NCBI GenBank assembly: GCA_964187785.1
Contig: OZ076415.1
Coordinates: forward strand, 55,676,001 to 55,740,000
Length of the DNA stretch: 64,000 nucleotides
Direction of reading: 5' to 3'
Origin: Amphiscolops sp. MND2022
Lineage: Eukaryota
The translations under genes and the position numbers were made by a program. Below are positions 56,130 through 64,000 of the stretch, one piece after another. Position 1 is the stretch's first letter. Every line of letters begins with the position of its first letter. Below the pieces are notes generated by a model. It made no database searches and had not been told where the DNA came from. It worked only from the letters and a program-made list of their open reading frames with translations.

Positions 56130-56214
56130 TACCATATTTCTTCGAATATAGCCCGCGAAATCGCAACGGAAAAAAAACTTACAAGCCGCGGCCTATATTC
56201 GAAGAGATATGGTA
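56130..56214. mobile_element. Tiny Tc1/mariner-type MITE with TA flanks
   Basis: TACCATATTTCTTCGAATATA versus inverted TATATTCGAAGAGATATGGTA (20/21 match); a partial related copy lies at ~56050. Confidence 0.45.
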
Positions 56215-56479
56215 TCTCTAGTGCCCTAAGTAGAGGAGCTAAGCGAAGTGGAGCGACGTGCCATATGGCCATGCCTCAATGTTGCTACTTGGCGAAGGGA
56301 GCGAAGCGACCGATAAATACAACAATCATTCCAACCTCTTCAAAGAAATGAATTTATTCAATGAATTAATTTCGTCGGCTTTGTGAACCGTTGGCACTGT
56401 GCACCGCCCCCGGTTTAAGTACTGCTAGTGATTGAAGAAGAAATGAATATGGTTAGAATGCAGTACTGTGAAACTTGTT

Positions 56480-58105
56480 AGTTCCCCAAGAGCTGTTTTC
56501 TGTCTCAACTAAGAAGTAAGACCGACGCCATTCGTCATTCAAGTAACATGCTAGTAACGTTATTCCGTTCAAGTTTCCGTGCTTCCAGTTAAATTCACCA
56601 ATCAAATTTGCAATTCTTTCGTTTATTCAATAAGCCGGAAACGTTATAAGTAGAGCAACCACAAATATTCTTTCATTTTGGCAAAAATATTCTCAAACGT
56701 TATGACTTTTTCAAGATATTCCCTATTTTATGCCATTAAAATCTCCCTAGTTTTGATGAGAAATGCCCATAAAAGTTTAAATTAGTGTTGGAAAAAGCAC
56801 AAATGAATTTATCAACATTATGTGCATCAAAATTATGGTCTTTAAGGAGAATTTTGTTGAGTTTGGAAAATGATCTCTCAGCAGCTGCGTTCTAGCAGAC
56901 TGCGTTTTGCAATTTGGCTACTCGTTCCAGAGAGACAGTTGACTCCCCAGCTATAATCCGATTCATGTCTATCATAGATGCTAGCCTTCGGTCAATATAC
57001 AGTCTCAGGTATCTTCAGCATCCAGTTCTTTGATGAAATCATTGACCACGTTGTAACCTTGCAACAACCCAACTTTATTGCCTTCAAGGTCGAAATTGCC
57101 ATGCCAATTGTCTTGTCTGATACCGAGTAACTTGCTCGAGCTCCAGAAAAACACTCTGCGCCATAATCGTCTCCTTTACTTGTTATGCTAGTGTTAATGT
57201 GCCGTCTCGAGTATTCTCATGTATGAATAATTGATTGAACCTCCTCGAAATAGCGCGAATAGTAAGTAGCAGCGTTAACCCAAGAACCCCATATAGTTAA
57301 AACGGGCTGAGGCGGATAGGGTATACCAGAATCCTTGAATTGTTGGTGTGTGTCTTATTTTTACAGTTGCAGCTTTGGTTTTAGCTATCAATCGGTCCAC
57401 ATTAGGTAGAATTAATTGAATTTTCTCGGCTGCGTTGTGCAGTAAATTGGCCAAATTGTATGGCGAATATCTGGATAGAAAACCTTCAACAGTTCACCTG
57501 CTGTGATCATGTAGCATCCGAAGAAAAATGAAGCCCGTGTTTGCGATCTATGCCCATCATTTTAACGGCATCGTCTACCACTTGGCATATCTTATTTGCG
57601 TTCACAGTATTATATAATATTCGATATTTTCCCCAGAAGGACATGTATATACTTTGTATCCTTCACAACTGCTTCATCGCACATGACTGTAATGTCTAAT
57701 ACAGAGAGTTCCATTCGTATCTCATTCAGTTTTGTTCATGTAGATCAATAACAACTTTGCGACATGCACTTTCGGATGGTATTTTCACTCCAAGTTTCTC
57801 AAACATTTTGATGGAAGGGTTTCGTAATTTATGAAGCGCAATATTTGCCTGTAGAAAACCAACAAATATTAACGTTTTGGTGTTGTACATTGTTGTGGTA
57901 CTAGTTGAAATTGGTATATTTAAGTTTGACATACGAGACCGATGCATTTCACCATCTCTGTGTTGTTCGATTCGTGTCTTCTCGCAGTTGACATCTTCGA
58001 ACATAAACAACAAAATAATTTCCCATCATTAAGTTGAAATTCGCGAGGATATTTTGTAACAGCAAACGAAATTTTTTCCGAGTTTGGGGCTCTGATTTTC
58101 CCCAT
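56480..58105 (-). pseudogene. Degenerate hAT-family transposase of the CGGBP1-like type
   Basis: Fragments in order: zinc finger (DGKLFCCLC), ANIALHKLRNP..IPSESACR, first DDE aspartate (ITVMCDEA), YPDIRH..LHNAAEKI, and PPQPVLTIWGSWVNAATYY. Many stops and frameshifts. Confidence 0.7.
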
Positions 58106-59256
58106 TTGTAATTTGCAACTCTAATTTTAAGTACGAATAGTAGATCTGAAAGACAACGTATTGAAATTGTGTTCAAAATTGTGTCAAAATTGCATTGCAT
58201 CCGTCGCTAGCAGAATTCTGTAGGATGTGTATAATGTGTATAATGCTATTTTGGATGTTGAATTTACAAAAAGAAGTTAAACAAATACAAATTTAATTTG
58301 AAAGCAGTTGGCCAGTAAACAAATTGCAAAACAGTCTGCTCGAGCGCATTACATCTACAAATAGCGGCAATATACAGTTAAGATTGATTTTTGCTATTTG
58401 TTCATAAAATTCTCTTTCACTTATTTAGCCCTTTTTGCCCTTTATTCCTTTATGGCTGCTCTAGTTATAAGTCATGAAAAATCATTAGTACACTGGCCGG
58501 TACTTTCAGACTAGATCAATATAGTGACAAATGTTCAGTCTTACTCAAAGACAGCGACTAGAACTGTTATCTGTCTGCGTTAACTTTCTCTAATTGACGA
58601 AAAGTCTTTTTTGAAACTGTTTCCTTAAAGTGCATAATAATTTCGTCCTGGGTCCCGCTCATCAAGCTTTCGTTACATTTTATTGACTTGGTTTCGATGG
58701 TTGTCCAGATCCAACGCCAGAAATTCAAGATATGGTTTCATACGATCATTTCATGCCGTTTCCATTGAATCATGACATAATTTATGTAATTTAATCATTT
58801 TTCTATTTGTAAATGCAGTATAAGCTAGCAATTCAATACGACGATCACAACGAAACGCCTTGCTTATGACAAGTCCCCGATGTTTAGATTAAACTTTGGT
58901 TGTTCAGAAAGTTAATTACCAAGATGCTAGTAGACAGAAAATTTTGAAGCGACCTTCATTTCGTTTAATATTGACGTAATGGAGACTGCTAAATAGATGG
59001 AGGTGATGTAATGAGCAGACCGACCAAAAAGCGGACGAGAAATTGATCAGACTGATTAGACCAGATAGTGATTGAAACATTATTTTTTGCGTTGCTGATC
59101 GGTATTGGAACTGGCTCCTTTGGCACCTCTACATCGTTTGTTCCTCTTTGCACTGCGCTCGGGGATTCTTACTGTCACCGGCAATCACATTTGAAACTTA
59201 TACTCACTACTTCATCTTATTTTTATTTGTGCTTTAATTCCAATGCATTGAAATTT

Positions 59257-59889
59257 TCAGTGAGCACAAATTCGACCTATCATAATTCGTGTTTGCCTAA
59301 TGATACGAATTTTATTTTTCTGCTTTTTGGCTGGTCTGCTGAATTTACTCACTCCTAAATAGATACGGAGTCTTACTTTTGGAACTGCCAAGAATCCGAA
59401 AAGTCTGGGATAAATAATACCTCTAAAAATTATTCTTTGTATACGTGATTTGACATTTGAAACAGCTCCGATGTTCAGTGAAAAACAAATAACCCACTCA
59501 TAATATGTACATGAAGACTTGGAAATTGAGCAGTACGAACCTAAATTGATCATACCCGTACGTTGTTTTAGAAAATAGCCCGATAAAAGCGAGAAAAATA
59601 ATTTGACATTGTGTAGCTCATATTCGTTTTCTTGAGATTGCATTAAGTTCATATGATCACACACCAAACTCCATATGGTTCCATACGTTTTTATGCATGT
59701 AACCACGTGAATCCAGGCATTGAAATCTTGGAAGTCATGATTGTTTTTCGATCTTCCTAACACCGTAATGAATATGTCTGAGAAGTTCGTGTGTTGCTCT
59801 AGATCACCTTTTTCTATAGGTGTCGACAGTTGAAGTGTTCCATTTCTGCAAAATGGAAATTCGTGTACTTGTAATTGGTTATTTTTCAC
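59257..59889 (-). pseudogene. Open 210-aa ORF, possibly a diverged Penelope-like reverse transcriptase fragment
   Basis: HDF and LKQRTGMINLGSYCS..TYYE loosely match the PLE RT YDF and YRQ..GIPMGTNCAP..YYE motifs; no YxDD remains. Confidence 0.35.
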
Positions 59890-59949
59890 GGTTGTTGGTG
59901 AAAAGAAAAGAAAAAGATGATAGGGCGTTTCGTCACTTTCAGTTTTTTT

Positions 59950-62900
59950 TGGAATATGGAATCGGGAAGAAAGAACCTCGGACAGAACATGGAGCTGATG
60001 GAAGAAAGCAGACTTTGGTCCTTAGCTCCAGTCGAATGCACGATTAATTATGCCACACCTCCTAAAACATCCACGTTTCAAGCTGCAGACTCTTCCAATC
60101 AGCATTGTCTATCTTCCCTCGCAGTACCGCCCTACTATAACTCTGGTCACACGTCTAACCACCCCGACACTTCAGCTGCTGCTGCTGATCAAACTTTGGT
60201 ACAGGCCAGTTGTGTACATCCATAGCCATAGCGAACTTTGAGTATTTTTATAAATTCCCATCTATCTTGTTAGCTGCGATTTTTTGAGTGCGAAATACTT
60301 CTTCGTCAAGAATGAACAACTCAAGTCTTCGTCTCATGGTTTTTTATAAGAAGTGCCGAGGAAATTTTTGCATAATTATTTCATTTCCGATGACACCTTT
60401 TTTCGGTATTATCAGTTTTTAAAGACATGAATATACACAATTAGTACAGACTGCCGATTGCAGTAGTTCTATTAACGTTAATCAAGTTTGGAAACTCTGG
60501 GAAGGAAAATTTGCTGCTGAGAGGAATATATGGAAAGAGAAGTTTGCTGCTTTGGAAATGCGAATGAACAACAACATGGAGAGAGAAAGCAGTGGATATG
60601 CTACCAGTCTTAGCTTCGGACCTGGTGGTTGCTACGCGTGTGCTGAAAAAGAAACGAGAGTTCAAAAGCTCTCAGCGTCTCTCGGCAAAGTTAGTTGATA
60701 ACTGCACGGAGTTGAATTCGCAGAAGTCTCCAGATTTTACAATACATTATAGCCTCCACGAAATCGAACAAGCCGAGAACGGCCAAAGTCGGCGCCATAT
60801 CTAAGGCTCAAAATTTAAAAGGGGGACCCTTCGGGCTTTGTGAAACTCCAGCTGGTTGCAAAAAATAAAAAAAATGAAGGGGGGCCCTTTGGGGACATGA
60901 AAAAATTTCCCAAAAAATTTTTAAACAGATTTTTGAACAGGATCACAGTGCCGAAAAATGTAAAAGGGGGAACCCTTTGCGATTTTTTGACATCCATTGT
61001 TTTGCAAAATATCGAAACAAATGAAGGGGGACCCTTTGGTGCAATCCAAAAAGTCTCATAGTGCCGAAAAAAAACGGGGCTATGGTGGGATCTTTAGTGT
61101 GTTTTCGAGGGTTGTGGACGTCTGTTTTTTTTCTTTTCGTTTTGGACGCGCTTCTGAGGTTGGAGTTGTTGAGGGTTGAAGTTGAGGTTTGAGGTTGTTG
61201 AACAAATGAACAAAAAAGTGGTCCTTTCGTGCCTAAAAAAACTACCCACTGTAATAGTCGGGCACATTTTTTACTAAAATGCGCCGACTAAAAACGCACC
61301 CCACGCCTATTGATATTGGAACAAATGAAAAATAAAGATAAATAAATGGCTGATTCTGCCAATTTGTGACTTCTTCACAATGAGGAAATATATGTTCTAG
61401 GGAATGTTTGCTCTTAATGGTTTTTGAGTGTAATTCATTTTATTAAAATTTAGTTTAAAACGTGTGATGAGAATGACAACACACCTGAAAAAATGAACCC
61501 CCCCGCCCACGAATGCTATCGCTACTGATGACTTCAATTGGTAGTTTAAAAGATACCACTGAAAAGTAGAGCTCGATAACGAAGTGAAATATTAATGACA
61601 AATCAACGTTAAATGCCTACATGTACTTGTTACTGTGTATGATGATCCCACTTTCCTGCTTCTCTTCCCTAAAAATTTTCCTCGTTGTCTCAGGTTCTGT
61701 GCTGCAACAAACCCCTAAATTCTAAAAGACTAAGTATGCTTGGGATTTCAAATGTACTGCCTAAATCATTTCATTCAGCTCTCCTAGACTCTGCTAAACC
61801 TAGAATAGCATTTGAATAAGTACTATCATTTTTTACTTTGTTTATTAAATAGTTTCTTCGACATGGTATGTTTCAGGCGGAATCAGAGGCAGAAGAAATG
61901 CATCGATTCATTTGTGAAATGCAAAAGGAGAACGATATGAAAAGACAATCGTTACAATCTGAAGTTGACTCGCTCAGGTCCGAATTAGTGTCAAACCAGT
62001 CAAGATTGCAACAGTTTCAAGACAAAAATCGCAGTTTGAGCCGCCAAAACGAACAGTTCCTTCAGTACAAAGCTACTCTGCCCACGAAGAATGAATTCGC
62101 TTCCTTGAAGCACGAATTGGAAAGTGTCACAGATAAAAAAGACCGTTTGAAAGAAAAGTTGATTTCAGTTAACAAGCAAGTTGAAAATCTACGTAGCGTG
62201 GAAAAGGCTAACCAAGCTCTGATTGCCGAGCGCAACAGTGAGATTGAACAGTTGAAGTCAGAAGTGGAGAAGAGCAGAGAAAACGTGAGGATTTTGGAGC
62301 TGTTTCATCTGAAACATTCAGGTGACAATAGTGACGGGGTTGAACTGCCTCACGATATCATTACAAGACTGACCGCCCAAGTTGCCGAATTGTCCACAGG
62401 TATGCCGCCCGGAGGAGCACATTACACTGTCGAAAGATTAATTTCAATTGATAAAATTATATGACATTCTTTCAGTGTTTTGAGCTGACGGTAAGCTTTG
62501 AAAAAAGAACGGCACAAATATTTATCTACTTCAAGCTTGTAATTTGTGGTACCCTAGAATATGTTTGCTTTTTCCTATTTTGTCCTGGCTTGATAAAATT
62601 GATTAAAATTAGCATCTTTTAATCATATCTGTGTAAGATTGTATATTCAATCATGTAACTACTTTTTTCAAGTGCTTTCTGAATATTTTGTCAGTGGTTA
62701 GGGTAACTGAAGCCTTCATTTGCTAACTTGTAATAATAATAATGGTTTGTTGACTCTAAATGTTTTGGAATAAGTATTGTGTACAAGAAGTAATCAATTA
62801 ATTAATTAATTTGGGGGCATCTCTGATGGAGTTCAGAGGTAACTAAGCATAAGAAGCTGGTGAAGAAGCAAAGGGGTGCTTTGGAGAAAGAGAATGCCCA

Positions 62901-63274
62901 ACACAAGCAGCAAGTGGCTGAGATGAAATTAGAGAGCGAAGCCACAACATTGCAACTGGAACATGTGAAGGAGGAACTGCAAAAACTGCAACTCGAACAT
63001 CGTTTGTTGAAAACCACTTTCGACGAAGTAGCTCTAGAAAACAACTTCCGCAGACAAGAAAACGAGTCACTTGCGACCGAAAACCAACAGCTGAAAAATG
63101 TGCAATTGTCAGAGAAGTTCAAAACTAATCGAATTGTAGCCAAGCAGCTCTCCAGTTGTCATCGCGAGATGCGAGAGCTGTTTGTCATGATGCAGAAGTT
63201 CAAGTCAGAGGAAGATGTTGATCTGTCGCATTTCATTGGGTGTGACAATGACCAAACGCTGTCAGATAACAAGG
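59950..63274 (+). CDS. Multi-exon coiled-coil protein, possibly CEP85/CEP85L-like (partial)
   Basis: Phase-consistent exons ~59950-60198, 60450-60689, 61877-62399 and 62837-~63274 with long heptad-rich stretches. AKQLSSCHREMRELFVMMQKFKSEEDVDLSHFIG resembles the CEP85 C-terminal motif by eye only. Confidence 0.55.
60767..61294 (-). mobile_element. HINE-like element (family 2) in an intron of the coiled-coil gene
   Basis: On the - strand: T-run, subTIR AGTCGGCGC ... GCGCCGACT, hairpin GCCG-TTCT-CGGC and a TTGTT end; homologous to 7292-7775. Confidence 0.7.
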
Positions 63275-63359
63275 GTGCGAATAAGTACATAAATGCTGCA
63301 GTCATTTTTAAGTTCGTTGTAACTCAAGGTGACGGTAGGCATTTTCACAAGAGATTACT

Positions 63360-63657
63360 TTTTTGCACATGACGAAGTCAATGTGCATTGCAGTCCAGCT
63401 AAGTAAGTTTTTTTTCCACTATAGTCAACTTCATAATGAGCGCCTTTTAGAAAAAAGCCAAAACCCCAGAGAGATTCGAACCTGCAGTCTCCCGATTGCA
63501 TTGCATAAGTGTTGACCTCTGTGCCATAGGGACGTTATTGAACAAAGTTGAACTGTTGAATATGTACGCACGCGATTAAAATAATATATACACGCATAAT
63601 AAAATTGTAATCGATGTCTTCGTCATGTGTTGCGAAGCACCGCTTCGCCTCTGTGTT
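63360..63657 (+). mobile_element. Uninterrupted HINE-like element (family 3)
   Basis: subTIRs at 63366-63377 / 63618-63629, hairpin at 63632-63648, CTCTGTGTT end and a tRNA-like cassette. Confidence 0.75.
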
Positions 63658-63810
63658 CTATAAATAATTCTGATCGTGCATTTCATTTTTGGGAAGCTGG
63701 CGTTAATTGTTTTTGATCTAAGTGCCTAATGTTTATTACTGCGAGAAAGATTTCATTACAATGTCCATTTTGAGTTGAATTCAAAACACTTTCAAATAGT
63801 TGAATGCGGG

Positions 63811-63960
63811 GGCACGACAATTCGTACACACGACATTTCGTACACACGACATCTCGTACAAAAACCAAAACCAGACATTTCGTACAAAAGTGAAACCAGA
63901 CATTTCGTACAAAAACGAAACAAGACATTTCGTATAAAAATGAAACCCGACATTTCGTGC
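63811..63960 (+). repeat. Minisatellite, ~7 copies of GACATTTCGTACA-core units (15-23 bp)
   Basis: Directly visible tandem copies. Confidence 0.85.
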
Positions 63961-64000
63961 AATTTATATTATACAACTTATTATTTTAACAGTCAGCTAT

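Noticed and set aside
1-64000. Prokaryotic or phage origin, suggested by the operon-like block
   Set aside because: Spliced STAM and coiled-coil genes, LINE/hAT elements and the TSD-flanked Maverick show eukaryotic nuclear DNA. The host species cannot be determined from the sequence alone.

Overview
Eukaryotic (invertebrate-animal-like) AT-rich genomic DNA; all motif, exon and alignment calls were made by eye, with no database searches. Two intron-rich host genes lie on the + strand. One is STAM (ESCRT-0; VHS-UIM-SH3-GAT), with 12 exons reconstructed from 3149 to 38679; its first exon was not found. The other is a coiled-coil, possibly CEP85-like gene (~59950-63274). The STAM introns are swollen by a near-intact LINE (113-~3030, -), a 12.8-kb Maverick/Polinton-derived fold-back element, a ~12.5-kb array of ~45 copies of a 271/272-bp satellite (~19375-31920) inside the intron that splits the UIM, and hAT derivatives. 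The fold-back element (3772-16616) has AGTAGT ends, a 6-bp TSD and two head-to-head dead pPolB copies. Downstream is an almost intact 15.7-kb Maverick/Polinton (39506-55235) with ~300-bp TIRs and a TATATA TSD. It encodes integrase, packaging ATPase, minor and major capsid proteins, core protein, adenain-like protease, pPolB and several orphan ORFs. It is nested in a small Helentron-type (HINE-like) element whose uninterrupted copy is also in the window (~63360-63657). The most interesting signals are the palindromic copy-back-like Maverick, the intact virus-like Maverick with in-window empty-site evidence, the structured satellite, and tRNA-like Pol III cassettes inside HINE-like elements.
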